From positions 83,272-147,271 of the forward strand of contig AQTY01000001.1 in the NCBI GenBank assembly GCA_000372225.1: a stretch of DNA of 64,000 bases, in the 5' to 3' direction. Source of the DNA: Candidatus Nitromaritima sp. SCGC AAA288-L16 (GTDB lineage: Bacteria > Nitrospinota > Nitrospinia > Nitrospinales > VA-1). A program made the position numbers and the translations under genes. The notes under the pieces were generated by a model. It was not told the origin of the DNA. It saw only the letters and a list, made by a program, of their open reading frames with translations, and searched no databases. Positions 48,443 to 57,564 of the stretch are shown piece by piece (positions within the stretch are counted from its first letter, which is position 1; every line of letters begins with the position of its first letter).

Positions 48443-49398
48443 TTATTCTCTGATTTTATCAAGTTTTCACAGGCTTTAACGGTTGTCTTTAAGGAGTCTG
48501 GATCTCCGACCTGAAAACATCTTACATTTTTATTAAACCGTCGCATAAGACCAGACAGAACCCTTCCCGTACCAAGCTCAATAGCAACATCTATTTCTTG
48601 GTCAATCAAATACTGCATTGTTTCAGCCCACCTAACAGGCGAACACACCTGCCGTATCAATGCTTCACACGCCGAGGAACCCGCGATAAGGGGCCGAGCT
48701 TGAATATTAGATACAACAGGATATTGATGATCGGCAAACTTTGTTTTTTCCAGTTCTTTTTTAAGATTAATTTCTGCTGGTTTCATCAAAGGGCAGTGAA
48801 AAGGAGCGCTAACTGGTAACATGACTGATTTTTTAGCCCCCTCCTCTTTTGCTAATCGAGAGACTTCCTCAACAGCCTTAAGGTGACCGGCAATAACAAT
48901 TTGTTCATGACTGTTAATATTGGCAGGTTGAGCAATAAAATCTTCTTTTGTAACTCTATCGCATAATAATCGAACTTTATCTAAAGACATTCCAATTATA
49001 GCAGCCATACCTCCAACACCAACGGGAACAGCTTCCTGCATGAAACGCCCCCTCAGGTGAACTAACCGAACAGCATCCAAAAATTGAATGGATCCTGCCG
49101 CAACATTTGCTGAATACTCACCAAGACTATGGCCAGCCGCTATTGTGGCATTGATACCATTTTCCCTCAGCATATTCAAGGCTATTATACTGTGGATAAG
49201 AAGAGCTGGTTGGGCATTTTGTGTAAGCATTAACTTCTCATCAGGCCCATTAAAACACAGGTCTGTAATGTCAAACCCAAGAATTTCTCCGGCGTTATCA
49301 AACAATTTTTTAGACTCTAAAGACGCCTTATAAAATTCCCTACCCATACCTACAATTTGTGACCCTTGACCAGGAAAAAGAAAAGCAATTTTTACCAT
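48439..49398 (-). CDS. fabD: malonyl-CoA:ACP transacylase
   Basis: FPGQGSQ, GHSLGEYSA, SAPFHCPLM. Confidence 0.93.
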   Translation of the reverse strand: MVKIAFLFPGQGSQIVGMGREFYKASLESKKLFDNAGEILGFDITDLCFNGPDEKLMLTQNAQPALLIHSIIALNMLRENGINATIAAGHSLGEYSANVAAGSIQFLDAVRLVHLRGRFMQEAVPVGVGGMAAIIGMSLDKVRLLCDRVTKEDFIAQPANINSHEQIVIAGHLKAVEEVSRLAKEEGAKKSVMLPVSAPFHCPLMKPAEINLKKELEKTKFADHQYPVVSNIQARPLIAGSSACEALIRQVCSPVRWAETMQYLIDQEIDVAIELGTGRVLSGLMRRFNKNVRCFQVGDPDSLKTTVKACENLIKSENN

Positions 49399-50393
49399 CT
49401 AATCAACGCCGCCCCCCAAGTTAATCCAGCCCCGGCCACAACAAGAAGTGTAAGGGATCCTGGTTTTATTAAACCAGCTTTACTGGCCTCATGCATGGCT
49501 ATAGGAATTGAAGCCGATGATGTATTTCCATATTTTTCAATATTCATAAAAACCTTTTCTTTAGGAATACCTAATTTATCTGTTACCGCATCAATGATAC
49601 GTCGATTAGCCTGATGAGGTACAACTAAACCAATGTCTTCAACTGAAAGCTCATTAAAATCCAGAGCTTCTTTAGAAACTTCCGCCATTCGCTTGACTGC
49701 AACCTTAAACGTGGCATTGCCAGACATATGAATAAAATATTCTTTTTTATCTATAGCTTCGTGCGATATTGTTTTTTTTCCGATACCACCAGGAACAATG
49801 ATTAAGTCAGATTTACCCCCATCTGAATGAATATGAGTCGAAAGCAAACCCCTCGGTTCATTCATTTCACTTTTTTTTAAAACTATGGCTCCAGCCCCAT
49901 CGCCAAACAATATGCAAGTCGAGCGATCCGACCAATCTACAATACGCGAATTGGTTTCACTGCCAATTATTAAAACGTGGCGGTACCTACTACTCTTTAT
50001 ATACTGCTCTGCTATAGACAATCCAAAAACAAACCCAGAGCATACAGCAGAAATATCATAGGCAGCGGCATTCACAGCACCAAGTCCATTCTGAACAAAG
50101 CAGGCTGTAGCTGGAAAAAGAATATCAGGAGTGGATGTACAAACAATAATAAGATCTAGTTCATTAGGTTGGATTCTTGCTGACTTAAGAGCCATCTTTC
50201 CTGCTTGAATCGCGAAAGTTGATGAGGACTCTCCCTCATCAGCAATACGTCTTTCACAAATTCCTGTACGTGTACGAATCCACTCATCAGATGTATCAAG
50301 AGTTTTTTCCAAGTCTGCGTTGGTAAGAACTTTACCGGGAAGAAAGATACCTGTACCTGCAATTTCGGCTCTGATTTTATTACCAGTATTCAT
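49392..50393 (-). CDS. fabH: beta-ketoacyl-ACP synthase III
   Basis: SAVCSGF, PHQANRRI, GNTSSASIP. Confidence 0.93.
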   Translation of the reverse strand: MNTGNKIRAEIAGTGIFLPGKVLTNADLEKTLDTSDEWIRTRTGICERRIADEGESSSTFAIQAGKMALKSARIQPNELDLIIVCTSTPDILFPATACFVQNGLGAVNAAAYDISAVCSGFVFGLSIAEQYIKSSRYRHVLIIGSETNSRIVDWSDRSTCILFGDGAGAIVLKKSEMNEPRGLLSTHIHSDGGKSDLIIVPGGIGKKTISHEAIDKKEYFIHMSGNATFKVAVKRMAEVSKEALDFNELSVEDIGLVVPHQANRRIIDAVTDKLGIPKEKVFMNIEKYGNTSSASIPIAMHEASKAGLIKPGSLTLLVVAGAGLTWGAALIRW

Positions 50394-50401
50394 AAAGCAA
50401 G

Positions 50402-51508
50402 TTAATGAGGTCTGTCTTCTTCAGAGTCTTTAGAGATATCGCTATTTTTTTCTTCTTTACCCGGCGTAAAAGTAATTTTTTTTATCTGCTTCCAAAAAGG
50501 TTCTTTGCCAGACATAAGATTGGACTCTATATCATCGCGAATGTGTCCATTCATCTTTTTTTCTACTAATTCTTTAGCACGAATAATGGCATTTTTAATC
50601 GCTTTTGGGGAGGAACCACCGTGGGCAATTATACAAACTCCATTCACCCCTAAAAGAGGAGCCCCTCCTGTCTCGGAGTGGTCAACCATTTTTTTAAATT
50701 TCAAAAAATTGGGTTTAATCAAATAATACCCCAACTTAGTAACCCAACTGGCCATAAAAATTAGCTTTAAGTTTTCACCTATCATCTCGGCAAGACTCTC
50801 ACTAATTTTCAAAGCCACATTTCCGGTAAAACCATCGCATACTATGACATCAGCATTGCCTTGATAAACCTCTTTTCCTTCCAAGTTGCCAATAAATTTA
50901 ACGTGACTATTTTTTAACAAATGAAAGGCTTCGCGAGTGACCTCGTTTCCCTTTGAGTCCTCTTCACCAATACTCAATAAACCCACATCAGGAGTAGTTT
51001 TTCCATGAATGTACTTGGCAAAAGAATGCCCCATAATACCAAACTGGAACAGTTGACTGGATTTACAATCAACATTTGCTCCCGCATCTAGCAAAACAGA
51101 ATAGCCTTTTAATGTTGGTAACTGAATGGCAATTGCAGGGCGATCTACTCCCTTTAGAAGGCGCAGAGTAAAAGTTGCAAAAGCAAGAACAGCGCCAGTA
51201 TTACCCGCGCTGACAAAAGCAGACGCATGACCATCCCTAACTAAGTCAAGCCCGACTTTGATTGATGATTTTTTTTTCCCCCGTAACACCTTGGAAGGCG
51301 TTTCATGCATTTCAACAACATCTTCCGCGTGCACGATCTCAATCGGAAGGTCCATCCAATCCTCATATTTAGATAACTCTGCTTCAATCAAACCAGATAA
51401 GCCAGTCAGAGTAATCTCCACATCACACTCTTTTAATGCCATCACCACTCCTTCAACGATAGATCCAGGAGCATGATCACCGCCCATAGCGTCAACCACA
51501 ATTTTCAT
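50402..51508 (-). CDS. plsX: phosphate acyltransferase PlsX
   Basis: KIVVDAMGGDHAPG, DGFTGNVALK. Position between rpmF and fabH. Carries a ~30-aa acidic C-terminal extension. Confidence 0.93.
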   Translation of the reverse strand: MKIVVDAMGGDHAPGSIVEGVVMALKECDVEITLTGLSGLIEAELSKYEDWMDLPIEIVHAEDVVEMHETPSKVLRGKKKSSIKVGLDLVRDGHASAFVSAGNTGAVLAFATFTLRLLKGVDRPAIAIQLPTLKGYSVLLDAGANVDCKSSQLFQFGIMGHSFAKYIHGKTTPDVGLLSIGEEDSKGNEVTREAFHLLKNSHVKFIGNLEGKEVYQGNADVIVCDGFTGNVALKISESLAEMIGENLKLIFMASWVTKLGYYLIKPNFLKFKKMVDHSETGGAPLLGVNGVCIIAHGGSSPKAIKNAIIRAKELVEKKMNGHIRDDIESNLMSGKEPFWKQIKKITFTPGKEEKNSDISKDSEEDRPH

Positions 51509-51687
51509 ATTCGAATTTCACTCCATCAAGAGATGGATTTCCTTAAATAAAATACGTAGGGTTAATAAACATAGGAAACATCTGGCATGTAAATCTCACC
51601 CCTCACCCCAAGCAAAAAGCACCTAAATAAAAACTTATTAGCTTAGGATAAAATAAGACCTGATAGGCGGCACTATGTGAATGGCAC

Positions 51688-51870
51688 TTAGACAACTTCT
51701 ACCTCCATTACTTCTTTATCTTTGTAATATCCGCAATGGGAGCATACATGGTGTGGCTTACGCATCTCATGACATTGCGGACATTCGCTCATGGTTGGTT
51801 GCTTGAGCTTGTCATGTGCTCTACGCTGCCCTTGCCTAGATTTTGACATTTTTTTCTTAGGAACTGGCAT
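51688..51870 (-). CDS. rpmF: 50S ribosomal protein L32
   Basis: MPVPKKKMSKSRQGQRRAH plus a Zn-ribbon CPQC...CSHCG. Confidence 0.93.
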   Translation of the reverse strand: MPVPKKKMSKSRQGQRRAHDKLKQPTMSECPQCHEMRKPHHVCSHCGYYKDKEVMEVEVV

Positions 51871-52410
51871 CTATCCTCCTTTAATAAATTTATCTTTAAA
51901 AATTTTCAATCTTTCCAACCTTGGATCCGTAAATGACTCAATCTCGCACTTGCAAAGTCCCTGATTTAGGTTCTTTCCACACTGGGAACAAATGCCTCTG
52001 CAGTTTTCTTTGCACAAGCATATAACGGGAACTGCGAGCAGTATGCTATCGCTGATCGATTGAGTGAGGTCAATTTGTTGATTTTCGTATACCTCCGCAT
52101 CAATGTCAGACGCATGCAATTCCACATCTCTCACTGCTGTAAACCGATCATCAGATGGTACAAAATGAGATTTAAAATCGCTATCAATCGGATATGATAA
52201 TGTATCAAGGCAACGAGAACAACTAGCAACCACACTAGTCCTTACTGTACCCTTTAGGTAAACATCATCATCTATTCTATTTAGAGAGCCATTAACAGTA
52301 ATATCAACGTTTACACTCAACCCCGCCTGATCAATCTCAAGTTGATCTTTCTTCAAAACCAAGCTAAAGCACAAACCTTCGTCACCGATCTCCTCTATAC
52401 CAAACACCAT
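51871..52410 (-). CDS. yceD: YceD/DUF177 family protein
   Basis: Immediately upstream of rpmF (0-nt gap). Cys pairs CSRC ... C-x-C...CxxC. ~180 aa. Confidence 0.8.
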   Translation of the reverse strand: MVFGIEEIGDEGLCFSLVLKKDQLEIDQAGLSVNVDITVNGSLNRIDDDVYLKGTVRTSVVASCSRCLDTLSYPIDSDFKSHFVPSDDRFTAVRDVELHASDIDAEVYENQQIDLTQSISDSILLAVPVICLCKENCRGICSQCGKNLNQGLCKCEIESFTDPRLERLKIFKDKFIKGG

Positions 52411-52554
52411 GATGTAAGACCACTATAAAAGTGAGAATTAACTCAAAAGCTTTTAAAATCCAATATGTGGTAGAAAGTCAGGCAGGATTGCGGGTGATCC
52501 TATCTTTAATTGATGGCATCGTCAAGAGAAATATAAGCCTATCGCCCAAGTCTA

Positions 52555-53436
52555 TCAAGCTCTTGGATGAAAACATTCGTGAACATCACGCATTCTCTCC
52601 CTTAAAACGTGAGTATATATTTGCGTGCTAGAAATATCCGCATGCCCCAGCATTTTTTGAACAGAACGCAAATCTGCTCCTCGTTCCAGGAGATGAGTAG
52701 CAAAGGCATGCCTCAAGGCATGCGGAGAAACTATACCCACTATTTTTGCCTTGATAGAATATTTTTTTAGAATTTTCCAGAAACCTTGCCTGGTCATAGA
52801 ATTCCCGCGTCTAGTTAAAAACAAGTCCTCAGTCGTACATTTTTTTTGTAATAATGGGCGCGCATTAATGACATAATTTTCAATAGTAGTTTTAGCTATA
52901 TCTCCAATAGGGACTACCCTTTCTTTAGACCCTTTACCAAGTGATCGAAGGTATCCAACTTCTAGATTGACCGCACTCATTTTCAGCGATACCAACTCTG
53001 AAACACGCAATCCAGTTGCATACATTAATTCAAGCATAGCTAAGTCTCTAACACCAGCAAGTGTATTAATATCTGGAGCGGCAATAAGCGCATCAACCTC
53101 TTGCATAGACATTACATTTGGAAGTTTTCGCCAAGGGCGTGGGGAAGCAATTGTTTCGATAGGGTTCTCGGAGATTAAATTCTCGACATATAAAAAATTA
53201 TAAAAAGATTTTAACGAAGATAAACACCTTGCTACCGAAGATGGCGCCAAACCCTCTTCATTTCTGAGAAAAACAAGAAATGACCTCACATCGCTTGCCT
53301 TATCACCACCAAGTTGATTATTTGAAAGATATTTTGCAAAACGACTAACATCCCGCCGATAAGAATCAACTGTGTTTTGAGACTGCCGTTTTTCAATTTT
53401 TAAAAAATCAGTATATTCAGAAATGTAATTATACAT
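52555..53436 (-). CDS. xerD: tyrosine recombinase XerD-like
   Basis: LRHAFATHLLERGADLRSVQKMLGHADISSTQIYTHV, ARCLSSLKSFY, GLRVSELVSL. I prefer the ATG at 53436 (MYNYISEYTDFL) over the track start at 53520. Confidence 0.85.
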   Translation of the reverse strand: MYNYISEYTDFLKIEKRQSQNTVDSYRRDVSRFAKYLSNNQLGGDKASDVRSFLVFLRNEEGLAPSSVARCLSSLKSFYNFLYVENLISENPIETIASPRPWRKLPNVMSMQEVDALIAAPDINTLAGVRDLAMLELMYATGLRVSELVSLKMSAVNLEVGYLRSLGKGSKERVVPIGDIAKTTIENYVINARPLLQKKCTTEDLFLTRRGNSMTRQGFWKILKKYSIKAKIVGIVSPHALRHAFATHLLERGADLRSVQKMLGHADISSTQIYTHVLRERMRDVHECFHPRA

Positions 53437-53589
53437 GATGAATTTATCTAATATTAACAAATACTTATGATACATTAGACAGCAATGTATATCTAGAGTA
53501 TTCTCATTGCCGTTGTTCATTATATACTGTAGAATCTCAGCCTGCAGTAATTAAACTGCCCTTCATTCGATACTCTTCAAGCCAATCTC

Positions 53590-54579
53590 ATGGAGCAAAC
53601 CACCTTAGTGCAGCACTTGCAACATCAGCAAAAATTTCTAGGAGCGACCGGTGAATTCACCAGTTTAATGAACGAAATTCTAGTCGCCGCTAAAATTATC
53701 TCGTTGGAAGTCAATAAAGCGGGGATCGGTGGGAACATACTAGGAGTAACCGGAAATATTAACGTACACGGTGAAGAAGTCCAAAAACTGGACGAATTCG
53801 CAAACTCAACCTTTGTTAACATAATGGGAAAGTCTGGAACGGTATGCGCTATCACCTCCGAAGAAATGGAAAACCCTGTCATTGTCTCAGAGGAGAAGGC
53901 TGGTAAATATATTTTTATGATGGACCCCCTAGACGGTTCCTCAAATATTGATGTAAACGTTAGCATAGGAACAATCTTTTCGGTGTACCGAAAAAAAAGC
54001 AGCGGTGACTCCGTAACCAAAGATGACCTCTTGCAAAAAGGAGCAAATCAAGTCGCTGGCGGTTATATTGTATATGGTTCTAGCACAATGTTTATATATA
54101 GTTCTGGAAGTGGAGTTCACGGCTTTACATTAGACCCTTCTATTGGAGAATTTTTTTTATCCCATCCAGACATGAAAATTCCAGTACGAGGTAACATCTA
54201 TAGTGTTAACGAAGGAAACCAGATAATTTGGGATGATAGGCAAGTAAAGTTAATAAATTACTTTAAGGATTTTGATGAGAAAACTAGTCGCCCGTACAAG
54301 GGTAGGTATATCGGTTCAATGGTATCTGATTTTCATAGAACTCTTCTAAAGGGGGGTATTTTTATGTACCCCAAGGACAGTAAAAATCCAAATGGAAAAC
54401 TACGATTTGCCTTCGAAGCAAGTCCTTTGGCTTTCATTGTCGAAAATGCTGGTGGGCGTGCTTCTACAGGAAAAGAACGGATTCTAGATATTGTCCCAAG
54501 TGATATCCATCAATGCGTTCCCCTATATATTGGTAGCCGCGAAGATGTTAAAACTGCGGAGTCATTTCTAAAAGATTAA
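53590..54579 (+). CDS. fbp: class 1 fructose-1,6-bisphosphatase
   Basis: MDPLDGSSNIDVNVSIGTIF, GRYIGSMVSDFHRTLLKGGIFMYP, LRFAFEASPLAFIVENAGG. Confidence 0.92.
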   Translation: MEQTTLVQHLQHQQKFLGATGEFTSLMNEILVAAKIISLEVNKAGIGGNILGVTGNINVHGEEVQKLDEFANSTFVNIMGKSGTVCAITSEEMENPVIVSEEKAGKYIFMMDPLDGSSNIDVNVSIGTIFSVYRKKSSGDSVTKDDLLQKGANQVAGGYIVYGSSTMFIYSSGSGVHGFTLDPSIGEFFLSHPDMKIPVRGNIYSVNEGNQIIWDDRQVKLINYFKDFDEKTSRPYKGRYIGSMVSDFHRTLLKGGIFMYPKDSKNPNGKLRFAFEASPLAFIVENAGGRASTGKERILDIVPSDIHQCVPLYIGSREDVKTAESFLKD

Positions 54580-54607
54580 CTTTCATACTCGACGCACCTC
54601 TAAAAAA

Positions 54608-55876
54608 ATGAGAATTCAAGCAATCCGCGGTGTCAAAGATATCATGCCAGATGAAATTGAAAAATGGCGCTGGGTCGAAAATAAAGCCAACCAAATTTTT
54701 AATCGTTATGGATTCAAGGAAATCCGTTTACCAATTTTTGAAAAAACCATGCTGTTTTCAAGAGGAATTGGGGAGACAACTGATATTGTAGAAAAAGAAA
54801 TGTATACATTTGAAGACCGTGGTGGAGAAAAGGTCACCCTACGCCCTGAAGGAACAGCCTCTGTGGTTCGCGCTTTTATTGAGCATAAAATGTATACAAC
54901 GCAAACAGTTCAAAAGTTTTACTATCTGGGCCCAATGTTTCGTTACGAGCGACCTCAGGCAGGGCGGTTCCGACAGTTTTACCAAATCGGAGTAGAGGCA
55001 ATGGGGTCTCATAATCCTTCCATTGATGCGGAAGTAATGATCATGCTTATGGAATTCTTTAATGTTTTAGGACTCAATCAATTCGAACTACAAATAAATA
55101 GCCTAGGATGCAGCAAATGCCGCCCAGAATACCGGGAGACTATTAAAAAATCTATAACCAATCATTTAGCTGATCTATGTGAAAACTGCAACAAACGTTA
55201 TCAAAAAAATCCCTTGCGAGTCCTAGACTGTAAAATCGAACGCGACATAGAAATTGCATCTGGACTTCCCAAAATAACTGACCATATTTGTAATGAATGT
55301 AAATGCCATTTTGCAAAAGTACAGGCCTTACTTCGTGAGACACAGATCCCATATAGTATCAACTCTAATCTTGTACGTGGCCTTGATTACTACACTCATA
55401 CAGCTTTTGAAGTCACTTCTAGAGAATTGGGTGCCCAAAATGCAATAAGTGGGGGCGGACGATACAATACGCTAGTGGAGGAATTTGAAGGCCCCCCTAC
55501 CCCTTGTTTTGGGTTTGCGCTAGGACTTGAAAGGCTCATCTCTCTGATTCCATTTAATAAGATGGAAAGTATAGAAACGAACCCTGACGTTTTTGTTGTG
55601 TCCTTAGGTGAAGAAGCAAAATTGAAAGTTTTTAGCCTGGTTCATCAATTGCGGTCTGGAGGAATATCGGTAGAAAGAGATTACAATGAGGGAAGTATAA
55701 AAAGCCAAATGCGTAAAGCAAATAGGTCTGCAAGTAGTTTTGCGCTAATTATTGGAGAAAATGAAATCAAGTCAGGAATCTACCAATTGAAAAATATGCA
55801 GGACGGAAAGCAATCAAACATTACTGCAGACTCTTGCGTAGAAGAAATCAAAGCTTTAATCAACCACTTTAACTAG
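54608..55876 (+). CDS. hisS: histidine--tRNA ligase
   Basis: RGVKD, LRPEGTASVVRAF, FRYERPQAGRFRQFYQ, SGGGRYN, C-terminal anticodon-binding domain. Confidence 0.95.
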   Translation: MRIQAIRGVKDIMPDEIEKWRWVENKANQIFNRYGFKEIRLPIFEKTMLFSRGIGETTDIVEKEMYTFEDRGGEKVTLRPEGTASVVRAFIEHKMYTTQTVQKFYYLGPMFRYERPQAGRFRQFYQIGVEAMGSHNPSIDAEVMIMLMEFFNVLGLNQFELQINSLGCSKCRPEYRETIKKSITNHLADLCENCNKRYQKNPLRVLDCKIERDIEIASGLPKITDHICNECKCHFAKVQALLRETQIPYSINSNLVRGLDYYTHTAFEVTSRELGAQNAISGGGRYNTLVEEFEGPPTPCFGFALGLERLISLIPFNKMESIETNPDVFVVSLGEEAKLKVFSLVHQLRSGGISVERDYNEGSIKSQMRKANRSASSFALIIGENEIKSGIYQLKNMQDGKQSNITADSCVEEIKALINHFN

Positions 55877-55966
55877 ATTCAACTTTAAATAGAATCCGTG
55901 CTCATTATAGGTTAATCTGGATTCGAATCCTTTTGGATTTTAGCACATCGAAGATTTAGTGGATTC
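55876..55966. promoter_or_regulatory. cluster of GGATTY / RAATCC half-sites including the 12-bp perfect palindrome GGATTCGAATCC
   Basis: GATTC 55876-80, GAATCC 55892-97, GGATTCGAATCC 55919-30, GGATTT 55935-40, GGATTC 55961-66. Lies between the hisS stop and the fur start. Confidence 0.25.
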
Positions 55967-55998
55967 GTGATGGCGTATTGCATTAAATAAGAGGTGAA

Positions 55999-56427
55999 AT
56001 GGTTAGCGAAGAAATCAATGTTTTAGAAGAATATATCTCGGAAAATAAACTAAAGATCACCAAACAGCGACGAACTGTTTTAAAAATCTTTCTTGAGTGT
56101 AAAGATCATGTCAGCATAGAAGAGCTATATCAAATAGTACTAAAGACAGAGCCTAAAATCGGACTTGCAACTGTATATCGCACTTTAGCTCTACTAACTA
56201 AAAGTGGGCTGGCCCTGGAAATGGACTTTGGTGATGGACAAAAACGATATGAGAGTTCCTACAGGAGTGACCACCATGATCACATGGTATGCACTGAGTG
56301 TGGCAAAATTCTTGAGTTCAATCACCCCTTGATAGAAAAATACCAGGAAGAAGTCGCTAAACAAAAGAACTTCAAAATCACTTCCCATAAATTGGATCTT
56401 TTTGGTCTGTGTCAACACTGCAAATAA
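55999..56427 (+). CDS. fur: Fur-family metalloregulator
   Basis: RBS GAGGTG. wHTH (TKQRRTVLKIF...ATVYRTL), HHDHMVCTECG, C-terminal CQHC. Confidence 0.88.
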   Translation: MVSEEINVLEEYISENKLKITKQRRTVLKIFLECKDHVSIEELYQIVLKTEPKIGLATVYRTLALLTKSGLALEMDFGDGQKRYESSYRSDHHDHMVCTECGKILEFNHPLIEKYQEEVAKQKNFKITSHKLDLFGLCQHCK

Positions 56428-56484
56428 GAGCCTACCTCACTTAATTAAGAATCGCTACAAAATAAACGCTTCCTTGGTCCGCAA

Positions 56485-57363
56485 TTATTTCGGAACTTGA
56501 GTTATTGATTGTGCGCAACGAAACCCCACATAGTTGTATATTTCGTTCATTATCTGACCATGTGTGGTAACTTTTGGGAAAACCTTGTTCTTGGGGTGTA
56601 GCCAAGTACGATTGGTAATACGCAAACCTCCGGCGGATGAATCAAAAGCACCTCCACGAACCACTTTAAAATCTCCCTTCTTAACACCAGTTGGGTTTAC
56701 CTGTTTACCACGAGGGTAAGCTGCGTCATACCAATCGGCGACCCATTCCCAAACATTTCCCATCATATCGTAAACTCCGAACTGGTTTGGTTTTGTTTTG
56801 CCAACCGCATGAGTTTGAGCAGTCGAATTATCCTCAAACCAAGCATACTCACCATTCATCATATTCCCCCAAAAGTACCTCGCTTCAGCATGACCCCTTG
56901 CTGCATACTCCCATTCAGCCTCGGTAGGAAGGCGACACCCAGTGTTTTCAGTAAATTCCTGTGCATCATAAAAAGTAACCTGCTCTACTGGCCTATTAGA
57001 CCCAATAAACTTGGAGGGGTTAAAGCCCATTACTTTTTCCCAACGAGCCTGAGTAACCTCATACCTATCAAGATAAAAATCGTCAACACAAGCCTCATGC
57101 TCTGGAGCCTCATCGACTTGCGCATAGTTATTACCTAAAACGAAACAACCTCCTTTTATAAACACCATTCCTTTTGGTGCCTTATTAGCTATAACCTCAT
57201 CCTCTGGGGCTATTATTACTGTCTCAAATTTGAAACTCTCCTGAAAGTTATCAAACGTAGCTATATCATCATGATCTTTCACAGAGTTGTTTACCTCTTC
57301 TGATGAACAAGCAAAAATCAAAATAAAGAAAAAATAAAATATGATATTTTTTAGACTGTCCAT
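56485..57363 (-). CDS. FGE/SUMF1-family lipoprotein
   Basis: Lipobox ILIFAC. LPTEAEWEYAARG, NQFGVYDMMGNVWEWVADWY, VRGGAF, GFRCAQS. Confidence 0.85.
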   Translation of the reverse strand: MDSLKNIIFYFFFILIFACSSEEVNNSVKDHDDIATFDNFQESFKFETVIIAPEDEVIANKAPKGMVFIKGGCFVLGNNYAQVDEAPEHEACVDDFYLDRYEVTQARWEKVMGFNPSKFIGSNRPVEQVTFYDAQEFTENTGCRLPTEAEWEYAARGHAEARYFWGNMMNGEYAWFEDNSTAQTHAVGKTKPNQFGVYDMMGNVWEWVADWYDAAYPRGKQVNPTGVKKGDFKVVRGGAFDSSAGGLRITNRTWLHPKNKVFPKVTTHGQIMNEIYNYVGFRCAQSITQVPK

Positions 57364-57564
57364 TATTTATAGAGATTTTGAAAAGGCTGATACTATCACT
57401 CAGGGCCATTTACGCACAACCAAAATGTAATATAAAAGATTCTGCTCCAAACATGAATAAATCCAACCAAAATTTACTAAAAAACCATAAAATGCGCTTT
57501 AAAAATATATATTTGTGCCGATAAGCCTTAATGAAAGTAGTATCTTTGTTTAACTAGGGTAATC

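Noticed and set aside
51509-51687. 179-bp gap between rpmF and plsX, examined for an RNA element. It contains a small hairpin CCAUC-UCUU-GAUGG overlapping the plsX SD, and a G-rich run.
   Set aside because: The stem is only 5 bp, and I recognise no match to a known riboswitch or leader. There is insufficient evidence.
52555-53520. Tyrosine recombinase as the integrase of a mobile element
   Set aside because: The sequence is XerD-like across the catalytic region. It sits between yceD-rpmF-fab and fbp-hisS core genes with no flanking repeats, tRNA target or cargo genes. The extra 28 N-terminal codons of the track ORF look non-coding.
53625-54020. 131-aa ORF antisense to fbp
   Set aside because: fbp on the plus strand is unambiguous (DPLDGSSNID etc.). 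The antisense ORF is a shadow.
55919-55930. GGATTCGAATCC resembles a tRNA T-arm (GGTTCGAATCC)
   Set aside because: The flanks cannot form acceptor, D or anticodon arms. No cloverleaf is possible in 55877-55998, so it is not a tRNA or an obvious tRNA remnant.
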